Part shown: piece after piece, positions 51,240-58,640 of the stretch | Layout: every line of letters starts with the position of its first letter | Numbering within the stretch: the stretch's first letter is position 1 | Assembly (NCBI GenBank): GCA_963661445.1 | Contig: CAVLCG010000001.1 | Coordinates: forward strand, 19,539 to 78,178 | DNA from: a bacterium | GTDB taxonomy: Bacteria > Bacillota_I > Bacilli_A > RF39 > UBA660 | Direction: 5' to 3' | Length of the DNA stretch: 58,640 bases | Program-made: the position numbers and the translations under genes | The notes under the pieces: generated by a model | Told to the model about the DNA's origin: nothing | Seen by the model: the letters and a program-made list of their open reading frames with translations, nothing else | Databases searched by the model: none

Positions 51240-51692
51240 ATGAATAAGAGATATGTAGAAGTAGTAACTAATAAAGACTTAAATAAAATAGAGGCATTAA
51301 ATGATTTTTGCCTTCATAATGATATAGAAAATGTAAGTAAAAATATTTTAGCTAGTAAAGAGTTATCACCAGTTGTTTTTGAAGATTATTTGGCTTACTT
51401 TGATAATGATAAAGTAATAGATTACTGTTTTATTCATGGTGAGAAAGATTTAGGAAGAGGATTTTTATCATTTCCTTGTACACTAAAACCAAGAAAAAGT
51501 ACTACTTTTGTTGAAATATCTACTGATTATGCCTTTTCTAAGGGACTTGATGAAGTGTCTATTATGACTAAAGATAATAATTTAAAAAATATTTTAGATA
51601 AGATGGGGTTTATTTCCTTAGGAACATATAATGATATGTCATCTTATGTTTTGGGAAGAGAAGATAAAGAGAAAGGGAAAATAATGGTATGA
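51240..51692 (+). CDS. hypothetical protein (possibly GNAT-like), inserted after pgk
   Basis: 150 aa starting 2 nt after the pgk stop. There is only a weak resemblance to acetyltransferase C-terminal strands (LDKMGFISLG). Function is not supported. Confidence 0.55.
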   Translation: MNKRYVEVVTNKDLNKIEALNDFCLHNDIENVSKNILASKELSPVVFEDYLAYFDNDKVIDYCFIHGEKDLGRGFLSFPCTLKPRKSTTFVEISTDYAFSKGLDEVSIMTKDNNLKNILDKMGFISLGTYNDMSSYVLGREDKEKGKIMV

Positions 51693-52702
51693 AAAACTTA
51701 AAAAGAAATAGTTTTATTATTCTACTTGTAACATTATTTGTTTTATTCTTAGTACTTAAAGATGACTATAAGAATATTATTGCTATTATTACAACTATGG
51801 ATATGAAATTTGTTATTATAGCAGTTATTCTTTATCTTGCTTATCTTTTCTTTCATACTTTAGTAAACTACTTATGGGTAAATGAAAAAGAAAAATTATC
51901 ATTACCACAAGCCTTTCAACATATGGTTATTACCCAGTTCTTTAATGGAATTACCCCTTTTTCTACAGGTGGACAACCAATGGAAATATATATGTTAAAG
52001 AATCATGGCTTTCGTTATACTAAAGCGACTAATGTTATTATGCAAAACTTTATTGTTTATCAATTAGCACTTGTTATCTTTGGGTTGTTTGCTGTTATCT
52101 ATAATTTTATTACTGGTGTATTAGTTTATAAAAGTGTCTTAACTACACTTATTATTCTAGGATTTTTAATAAATACTGTAGTAGCAGTTGTTATGTTGTT
52201 TGTAGCTACTAGTAAAAAATTTACAAAATCACTATTAAATATCATTACTAAACTAGGTAATAGTTTGCACTTTATTAAAAATAAAGAAAAGTTCTTAGCT
52301 AAATGGGAAGAAAGATTAGAAGACTTTCATGACTGTACTAGAGAAGTTAAGGAAAAGAAAGGATTATTTGTATTAGGAATTATCCTAAATCTTATTAGTT
52401 TAACTTGTTATTATGCTATTCCTTTATTCTTAGTTTATAGTCTTCATGATTATAACTCTATGACATTCTTTACTTCAATAGTAGCTAGTGCTTATGTTTT
52501 AATAATTGGCTCTTTTGTTCCTATTCCAGGTGCTACTGGTGGAATTGAATATGCCTTCTTAGAAATATTTTCTAGTTTTCTACCAACTAACAGTGTTAGA
52601 GCAGTTATGATAATTTGGCGTTTTATTACATATTATTTAGGAATGATACTAGGTGGTATCTTGTTTAGTTTTCATAAGGAAGGTGAGATAGAATGCGAAT
52701 AG
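51689..52702 (+). CDS. flippase-like / lysylphosphatidylglycerol-synthase TM-region (UPF0104) family membrane protein
   Basis: About 8 TM helices. 'FFNGITPFSTGGQPMEIY' and 'PIPGATGGIEYAF' motifs are typical of this family. It overlaps the upstream gene by 4 nt. Confidence 0.75.
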   Translation: MKNLKRNSFIILLVTLFVLFLVLKDDYKNIIAIITTMDMKFVIIAVILYLAYLFFHTLVNYLWVNEKEKLSLPQAFQHMVITQFFNGITPFSTGGQPMEIYMLKNHGFRYTKATNVIMQNFIVYQLALVIFGLFAVIYNFITGVLVYKSVLTTLIILGFLINTVVAVVMLFVATSKKFTKSLLNIITKLGNSLHFIKNKEKFLAKWEERLEDFHDCTREVKEKKGLFVLGIILNLISLTCYYAIPLFLVYSLHDYNSMTFFTSIVASAYVLIIGSFVPIPGATGGIEYAFLEIFSSFLPTNSVRAVMIIWRFITYYLGMILGGILFSFHKEGEIECE

Positions 52703-53940
52703 GACTTTTTACAGATAGTTATCCTCCGTATATAAATGGTGTATCTACTAGTGTTGAGACTTTAAAATATGCTTTAGAAGCAGAAGGACATATTGTCTAT
52801 GTTGTGACTGTTGGTCAAGATGCGACTACTTATTCTTATGATGAAGAAAAACATATATTAAAAGTACCAGGTGTACCTTTAGGAATATATGATTATAGGG
52901 CTGCTAGTATCTATCCTTTAAAAGTTATTAAAAAGATTAGGTCATGGAACTTAGATGTAATTCATTCACAGACAGAATTATGTATGGGTATCTTTGCTAG
53001 ACTTTTAGCTAAACAGTATCATATACCTCTAGTACATACTTATCACACTATGTATAAAGACTATACTTATTATGTTTCTAGAAATCATAAATATTTTGAT
53101 ATGGGATGTAAGAAAGCAGTTGAATACTTAAGTAAGTTTTATTGTGATAATACAGCAGATGCATTTATTGTACCAACGATTAAAACTTATCATTTATTTA
53201 GAAATGAGTATCATTATAATAAAGAAATATATATAGTACCGACTGGTATTGATTCATCAAGATTTAATAAAGAAAATGTCGATATGTTAAAAGTCAGTGA
53301 AATGAGAAAAAAACTAGGCTATAAGAAAAATGATTTTGTTTATTTATTTGTAGGTAGAATGGCTCAAGAGAAGAATATCTTATTTTTATTAGATACGATG
53401 AAGGAAATTAAGAAGGAAAAAAGTAATATAAAACTTTTACTAATTGGAGATGGTCCTGATAAAGATTTGTATGATAAGAAGATGAAAGAGATGGGACTTA
53501 CTGATTGTGTTAAATTCTTTGGTTCTGCTCCATGGAGTGATATGCCATTATACTATCATGTTTGTCAGGCTTTCGTGACGGCATCTGTTACAGAGACTCA
53601 GGGATTAACAGTTATTGAATCTTTAGCAGCTGAGAAACCGGTACTATGTATAGAAGATGAAGCTTTTCACACAATGATTGTGGATAAAATGAATGGGATG
53701 TTCTTTGATGATGTTTCAACCTGTGCAAAAGAAATGTTAGAGTTAGCAGCTGATAAAAAAGAGTATAATTCTTTGCAGAAACAAACGAAAAGTTCGATTA
53801 AAGCTTATTCATTATCATCATTTGCAAGTAGTGTATTAGATGTCTATAAAGTAGCAATAGATAACTTTAATAATAAAAAAGACTTTCCTAATATAATTCA
53901 CAATACTGTTAAGAAGATATTTGATAAGAAGGAGGATTAG
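52693..53940 (+). CDS. GT4 glycosyltransferase, diacylglycerol glucosyltransferase-like (glycolipid synthase)
   Basis: The 'MRIGLFTDSYPPYINGVSTSV' N-terminus is typical of alMGS/CpoA-type enzymes, and the E-x7-E region reads 'TETQGLTVIESLAAEKP'. It overlaps the upstream gene by 10 nt. Confidence 0.82.
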   Translation: MRIGLFTDSYPPYINGVSTSVETLKYALEAEGHIVYVVTVGQDATTYSYDEEKHILKVPGVPLGIYDYRAASIYPLKVIKKIRSWNLDVIHSQTELCMGIFARLLAKQYHIPLVHTYHTMYKDYTYYVSRNHKYFDMGCKKAVEYLSKFYCDNTADAFIVPTIKTYHLFRNEYHYNKEIYIVPTGIDSSRFNKENVDMLKVSEMRKKLGYKKNDFVYLFVGRMAQEKNILFLLDTMKEIKKEKSNIKLLLIGDGPDKDLYDKKMKEMGLTDCVKFFGSAPWSDMPLYYHVCQAFVTASVTETQGLTVIESLAAEKPVLCIEDEAFHTMIVDKMNGMFFDDVSTCAKEMLELAADKKEYNSLQKQTKSSIKAYSLSSFASSVLDVYKVAIDNFNNKKDFPNIIHNTVKKIFDKKED

Positions 53941-53942
53941 TA

Positions 53943-54608
53943 GTGAAGATTATTTTAAATCATAAAAGTAATTTAACTTATCAAGAGATAATTGACTATT
54001 ATAATGAGTATAAAAAGCTAAAAACTAAGCATGATTTAGTTGTTTGTCCTACAACTTGTTATTTACCTATTTTTAAAGATGTAGTCTTAGGTAGTCAAGA
54101 TATTAGTCCTTATAAAATGGGAAGTTATACTGGTGAAGTATCAGGAGAAGCTTTAAAATCATTAGGGGTTAAATATGTCTTTATTAATCATAGCGAAAGA
54201 AGACATTTTAATAATGAACCGTTAGAACTCGTAAAAGAAAAATTAATAAGAGCCAAGGAAGTCGGATTAATACCAATTCTTTGTGTAGGAGAAGAATCTT
54301 TAGAAGATGCTATTAGTGTATTAACTCATGATTTAAATTATTTACTAAAAGACTTAACTTTTGATAATTTATATATATCTTATGAACCTTGTTATGCGAT
54401 AGGTTCAGGTAATATTCCTAGTAGAGAAAAACTGGTGACAGTATTTAACTATTTAAAAGAAAAATATAACTATCCATTATTATATGGAGGTAGTGTTTCA
54501 GTTGATACTATAGAACAATTAAAAGATATTCCCTATTTAGATGGAGTGCTACTAGGAAAAGCTAGTCTTAAAGTGGAAGATGTTAGTGAATTTATAAAAA
54601 AACTATAA
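53943..54608 (+). CDS. tpiA: triose-phosphate isomerase (short, divergent)
   Basis: 221 aa with a GTG start. The catalytic positions are retained (LNHKSN has the Asn and Lys, INHSERR the His, YEPCYAIGSG the Glu), as is YGGSV. Confidence 0.85.
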   Translation: MKIILNHKSNLTYQEIIDYYNEYKKLKTKHDLVVCPTTCYLPIFKDVVLGSQDISPYKMGSYTGEVSGEALKSLGVKYVFINHSERRHFNNEPLELVKEKLIRAKEVGLIPILCVGEESLEDAISVLTHDLNYLLKDLTFDNLYISYEPCYAIGSGNIPSREKLVTVFNYLKEKYNYPLLYGGSVSVDTIEQLKDIPYLDGVLLGKASLKVEDVSEFIKKL

Positions 54609-54615
54609 AGAGAAA

Positions 54616-54622
54616 TTCGACA
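54616..54622. promoter_or_regulatory. perfect Spo0A box (TTCGACA = reverse complement of TGTCGAA) about 100 nt upstream of spo0A
   Basis: Exact 7-mer read in the tpiA-spo0A spacer. A 7-mer can occur by chance. Confidence 0.35.
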
Positions 54623-54722
54623 AAATCTCTCTTTTTTTGCTCTATCATTTTTTTATTTATTGTTATATAATAAAATTGCGTAAGGTAGTATTGATGCGTG
54701 GTAGTATATGGAAGGAGAATTT

Positions 54723-55499
54723 ATGAAAAAAACCAACGTGTTGATGATTGATGACAACATAGAACTAGTAAACATGGTGAAGGAATATTTTAATGATAAT
54801 GATGAGGTGTCTATCACACTTACTGCTCATGATGGAGTAGAGGGTTTAAAATTAATTTTAGAAAGAGAAAATGAATATGATGTTGTATTACTTGATCTTA
54901 TTATGCCTAAGAAAGATGGTATGCATATCCTAAGAGAATTAAAAGAAAAGAATATAGTTAAAAAGATTATAGTATTAACATCATTTAATGCTCAGAATGT
55001 TATAAGAGAAGCTAGTGAGCTTGGTATAAGTTATTTCATTTTAAAACCTTTTGAGTTAGTAGAACTAGAAAAGAGAATCTTAGAATGTAATAGTGATAGT
55101 AGTTATAGTAAGAAAACAATTGATATGCGATATAACAATTTACAAGTATCAATTACTAAAATTTTACATGAGTTAGGTGTGCCATCTCATATTAAAGGTT
55201 ATCAATATATAAGAGAAGGAATAGCAGTTTTATTTGAACATCCTGATGTAGTAGGTGGGATAACTAAAGAACTTTATCCTGATATAGCATCTAAATATGA
55301 TACAACAGTATCAAGAGTGGAAAGAGCGATAAGACATGCTATAGAAGTTAGTTGGAATAGAGGTAATTGGCAGTTGATGGAAGAAATATTTGGACATAGT
55401 GTTGATATAGATAAAGCTAAACCAACTAATTCAGAATTTATTGTAACAGTAGCAGATAAACTTAGATTAGAGTTTCATCAAGATGCCGTTAGAAACTAG
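54723..55499 (+). CDS. spo0A: sporulation transcription factor Spo0A
   Basis: Receiver domain (VLMIDDN ... [12 protein letters not shown]) plus the Spo0A-specific C-terminal domain ([31 protein letters not shown]). Start after a GGAAGGAG RBS. Confidence 0.93.
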   Translation: MKKTNVLMIDDNIELVNMVKEYFNDNDEVSITLTAHDGVEGLKLILERENEYDVVLLDLIMPKKDGMHILRELKEKNIVKKIIVLTSFNAQNVIREASELGISYFILKPFELVELEKRILECNSDSSYSKKTIDMRYNNLQVSITKILHELGVPSHIKGYQYIREGIAVLFEHPDVVGGITKELYPDIASKYDTTVSRVERAIRHAIEVSWNRGNWQLMEEIFGHSVDIDKAKPTNSEFIVTVADKLRLEFHQDAVRN

Positions 55500-55530
55500 T
55501 ATTAGACCTTTTAATCTAATGCTTTTTTTG
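55499..55530 (+). terminator. rho-independent terminator after spo0A
   Basis: GTATTAGA-N8-TCTAATGC followed by T7. Confidence 0.65.
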
Positions 55531-55602
55531 TTTTTTCATTGACTTTAAAGAACTAATAAACTATACTTAAACTGTATTAAATATGTGAGGTGAATACAAT
55601 TT

Positions 55603-56877
55603 ATGGAACGAAAAATAGAAAAATTCTTTTTAAGATGGAGGGAAGATAAGATAAGAAAACCACTATTATTATTTGGACTTAAACAAATAGGTAAAACTTA
55701 TACTGTCTTAGAATTTGGTAGAAAAAACTATAAAAATATTGCTTACTTTAATACCTTACATAATGAAGAGTTATTAAAAATATTTAAGAAGGAACGTTCT
55801 ATTGAACGACTTGTTAAAATTCTATCAGAGTTTTCTGATGTATCAATAGAGAAAAATGAAACCTTGATTGTATTTGATAATATTGAAGATGAAGAAATAA
55901 TTAAAGGAGTAAAATTATTTGGTTTTGATAGAAATGATTATCATGTAATGGCTATTACCTCAAGAAGAGAAAACTTACTAAAATTTAGTGGGGAAGAACT
56001 ACAATATAAGTTTATGACGGAAATGGATTTTGAAGAATACTTGTGGGCAAGAGATGAGAAAGAGTTAGCTGACCTTATTAGAAAAGCTTATCAAAATAAA
56101 AAGGCTTGCTCTAAACATGCCAAGATAATGGATTTATTCTATGATTATTTATTAACTGGTGGTTTTCCAGAGGTAGTTAAAGAATCGTTTCAAACTGTTA
56201 GTAGAGGTTACTATGAGAGTGTAAAAGAAAAAGTAACTGAAATACTTAGAACTTTCTTAACAGAGTGTGATAATTTAATAGATATCCCAAGAGGATTAGA
56301 AGTGTTAGATAGCATACCTAGTCAATTAGCTAAAGAAAATAAAAAGTTTCAATATGGAGTTTTAGGATATGGTAGAAGAGCTAAGGAATATGAAAATGTT
56401 ATTAAATATTTAGTTAGTAATCAACTACTTTATAGAAGTTATAAAATAAGAACGATAAAATCACCGTTATCAAGTTGTCGAGAATTAGATAGTTTTAAAC
56501 TTTATTATCCTGATGATGGTATTTTATCAGGCAGATATCATTTAACTAAAAAGCAACTATTAGAGAAAGCTGATTTAAAATATGCTCTTTTTGAAAATCA
56601 TATCGCTCATACTTTATTTGAAGCTGGTTATTCATTGTATTATTATCAGTCAGAGGGAAAAGCTGAGGTTAACTTTGTCATTCAAAATAGAATGGGTAAA
56701 GTTATTCCAATAGAGATAGTTAAACAGGGTTCTAAATCTAAGAGTTTATCTGTCTTTATGAAAAAGTATGTAGTAACAGATGCTTATAGAATTACAGAAA
56801 ATAATTTTTCAGTAAAAAAGGGTGTATATTATTTACCAATCTATGCAGTCTTTTGCTTAAATGAACAAATATATTAG
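55603..56877 (+). CDS. AAA-family ATPase with DUF4143-like C-terminal region
   Basis: 'LLLFGLKQIGKTYTV' Walker A and 'LIVFDNIED' Walker B-like motifs. The length of 424 aa is typical of the AAA_14/DUF4143 family. A TTGACT-17-TATACT promoter lies upstream. Confidence 0.7.
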   Translation: MERKIEKFFLRWREDKIRKPLLLFGLKQIGKTYTVLEFGRKNYKNIAYFNTLHNEELLKIFKKERSIERLVKILSEFSDVSIEKNETLIVFDNIEDEEIIKGVKLFGFDRNDYHVMAITSRRENLLKFSGEELQYKFMTEMDFEEYLWARDEKELADLIRKAYQNKKACSKHAKIMDLFYDYLLTGGFPEVVKESFQTVSRGYYESVKEKVTEILRTFLTECDNLIDIPRGLEVLDSIPSQLAKENKKFQYGVLGYGRRAKEYENVIKYLVSNQLLYRSYKIRTIKSPLSSCRELDSFKLYYPDDGILSGRYHLTKKQLLEKADLKYALFENHIAHTLFEAGYSLYYYQSEGKAEVNFVIQNRMGKVIPIEIVKQGSKSKSLSVFMKKYVVTDAYRITENNFSVKKGVYYLPIYAVFCLNEQIY

Positions 56878-56891
56878 AAAGAAGGATATAA

Positions 56892-58388
56892 ATGAAAAAA
56901 GTTTTATTAACAATAATAGATGGATTTGGTTATCGTGAGGAAGAAAAAGGTAATGCAGTGATAAAGGCAAATCCTAAAAATATAATTTCTTTGTGGAATA
57001 AATATCCACATACAACATTAGAAGCTAGTGGAGAAGCAGTTGGTCTTCCTAAAGGTCAAATGGGAAATAGTGAAGTAGGACACTTAAATATTGGGGCAGG
57101 AAGAGTAGTAGATCAACCACTTATGCAGATTAATCATGCTATAGAAGATGGTAGTTTCTTTAAAAATGAAGTTCTTTTAGATGTGATTAACCATTGTAAG
57201 AAAAATAATTCAGATTTACATTTATTTTGCTTACTTAGCGATGGAGGAATTCATTCACATATAAATCATTTATTTGCTGTTTTAGAGTTATGTAAAAAAG
57301 AAGACTTTGCTAATGTTTATGTTCATGCTTTTCTTGATGGACGTGATACCTTACCTAATGTAGCTTTAAAATACTTAGATGAGTTGGATGCTAAAATAAA
57401 AGAACTTGGTATTGGTAAATTAAGAGATGTATCAGGTAGATATTATTCTATGGATAGAGAAAGAATGTGGAACTTAACTAAAGAGTATTATGATTTATTA
57501 GTACATAATGAAGGAGAAAAGATTTCATCTTATAAAGATTATATTAATTCATCTTATGAAAAGGGAATAATGGATGAGTTTATTGTTCCGGCAAGACTAA
57601 TGGATGAAGGAAATTTAAAAGAAAATGATGGAATGATAATGGTAAACTTTAGACCTGATAGAATTACCCAATTATTTACGGCTATAACTAATAAAGACTT
57701 TAAAGAGTTTCCAAGAGTTGACTTTAAAAACACTAAGTTAGTAACAATGATGATGCCTGAACATACAGTTATTTCAACACCAGCTTTTCCACCGATGCAT
57801 CTTACTAATACTTTAGGAGAATATGCAGCATCTAAGGGACTTAAGGTTTTAAGAATAGCAGAAGCTAGTAAATATCCACATGTTACTTATTTCTTTGATG
57901 GTGGTGAAGAAAAAGATTTACCTAATACTGATAAAATTATAGTTCCAAGAAAAGATGTTGCTACTTATGATTTATATCCAAAGATGAGTGCTTATGAAGT
58001 AGCAGATAAATTGATTGATGTAATGGATAAGTATGATTTGATTATTTTAAACTTTGCTAATTGTGACATGGTTGGACATACTGGTAAATTTGATAAAGTA
58101 GAAGAAGCAGTTAAAGCAGTGGATGAGAATATTAAAAGACTATATGACACTGCCACTAAAAAAGGTTTTACTATGTTTATAACAGCAGATCATGGTAATG
58201 CTGAGATAATGATTGATGATAAAGATGAGGTTATTACATCACATACTACCTCTCCAGTTCCATTTATAATAACTGATGATAATATAGAAAAAATTAGTAG
58301 TGGTAAATTAGGAGATATTGCTCCAACTATTTTAGATTATATGGGGTTAGATATCCCAAAAGATATGACAGGTAATCAATTGATTTAG
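56892..58388 (+). CDS. gpmI: 2,3-bisphosphoglycerate-independent phosphoglycerate mutase
   Basis: IIDGFG, GNSEVGHLNIGAGR, and ADHGNAE motifs; 498 aa. Confidence 0.95.
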   Translation: MKKVLLTIIDGFGYREEEKGNAVIKANPKNIISLWNKYPHTTLEASGEAVGLPKGQMGNSEVGHLNIGAGRVVDQPLMQINHAIEDGSFFKNEVLLDVINHCKKNNSDLHLFCLLSDGGIHSHINHLFAVLELCKKEDFANVYVHAFLDGRDTLPNVALKYLDELDAKIKELGIGKLRDVSGRYYSMDRERMWNLTKEYYDLLVHNEGEKISSYKDYINSSYEKGIMDEFIVPARLMDEGNLKENDGMIMVNFRPDRITQLFTAITNKDFKEFPRVDFKNTKLVTMMMPEHTVISTPAFPPMHLTNTLGEYAASKGLKVLRIAEASKYPHVTYFFDGGEEKDLPNTDKIIVPRKDVATYDLYPKMSAYEVADKLIDVMDKYDLIILNFANCDMVGHTGKFDKVEEAVKAVDENIKRLYDTATKKGFTMFITADHGNAEIMIDDKDEVITSHTTSPVPFIITDDNIEKISSGKLGDIAPTILDYMGLDIPKDMTGNQLI

Positions 58389-58473
58389 TTTAGAATTTTG
58401 TATAATAATAAATATTATTTTATAAGAACTGTTATCAATATAAAAAGAAAAGAATAAATTTTGTCAAAAAATG

Positions 58474-58502
58474 TTGACATTATTATTAAAGACTGGTATA
58501 GT
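58474..58502 (+). promoter_or_regulatory. consensus sigma-A promoter (probable rrn P1)
   Basis: TTGACA, 17 nt spacer, TATAGT, with a TGn extended -10. Confidence 0.6.
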
Positions 58503-58569
58503 GATAACAACACCGAAGAAAACGGTGTAAAATTGTGCTAAAAAGTTGTAAAAAAAATATAAAAAAAGC

Positions 58570-58598
58570 TTGACATAGTGATTCGAGTTTGTTATATT
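58570..58598 (+). promoter_or_regulatory. consensus sigma-A promoter (probable rrn P2)
   Basis: TTGACA, 17 nt spacer, TATATT, with a TGn extended -10. It is followed by '...TTCTTTGAAAACT', a motif typical of Firmicute rRNA leaders, at the window end. Confidence 0.6.
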
Positions 58599-58640
58599 AA
58601 TAACGCAGCTTGAAAAAAGCAACAATGTTCTTTGAAAACT

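Noticed and set aside
54683-54709. SigH-type promoter-like sequence (AGGTAGT-N11-GTAGTATAT) upstream of spo0A
   Set aside because: The spacing fits the RnAGGAwww-N11-12-RnnGAATww pattern, but the -10 core reads GTAT rather than GAAT. The implied TSS would fall inside the spo0A RBS, about 8-10 nt before the ATG, leaving no functional leader.
1-58640. tRNA or rRNA genes, CRISPR arrays, IS elements, integrases, prophage or toxin-antitoxin modules
   Set aside because: Reading the intergenic spacers by eye showed no T-loop-like GTTCGAATC/GTTCAAATC motifs, no regularly spaced direct repeats and no transposase or integrase-like ORFs. This is absence by eye only. A tRNAscan/Infernal/ISfinder run would be needed to confirm it.

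Overview
This is a visibly AT-rich chromosomal segment (GC not computed) from a low-GC Bacillota genome using the standard genetic code. Spo0A, a SpoIIQ-like protein, a SigH-like sigma factor and WhiA point to an endospore-forming lineage or one descended from it. I cannot assign a genus from sequence alone. Almost all of the window is densely packed housekeeping DNA. In order it carries:
- rpiB (5'-truncated by the window edge), a DUF1146 protein, spoIIQ-like, mreB and tagO;
- cspA-like, hpf, cysS, mrnC, rlmB and a sigH-like gene;
- hup, uvrA, lgt, trxB, yvcK, whiA and clpP;
- phosphoketolase, then the str operon (rpsL-rpsG-fusA-tuf);
- femX-like, murD, eno and secG;
- secE-nusG-(orphan ORF)-rplK-rplA-rplJ-rplL-(membrane ORF)-methyltransferase-rpoB-rpoC;
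- a glycolytic cluster gap-pgk-(3 inserted genes)-tpiA-(spo0A, ATPase)-gpmI;
- two tandem consensus promoters at the right edge that look like the start of an rRNA operon leader.

The only clearly accessory module is an Agr-type quorum-sensing locus at about 3.8-6.6 kb. A LytTR response regulator and an AgrC-like histidine kinase lie on the + strand, and the kinase reading frame is broken just before its H-box. They converge on agrB and a 39-codon AgrD-like pro-peptide gene that the ORF track does not list (MKKRVAKLLVALGMLATASASVGCIWWAVDEPKALKGMD).

Other points worth a second look:
- an orphan ORF wedged between nusG and rplK;
- glycolipid-synthesis genes translationally coupled inside pgk-tpiA;
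- spo0A sitting in the glycolytic cluster with a perfect 0A box upstream;
- degenerate (probably non-catalytic) LytM and YugP-family proteins;
- ribosomal-protein leader structures.

I saw no tRNA or rRNA genes, CRISPR array, transposase or integrase, or obvious defence island. I do not claim a wholly new system beyond the agr-like locus.
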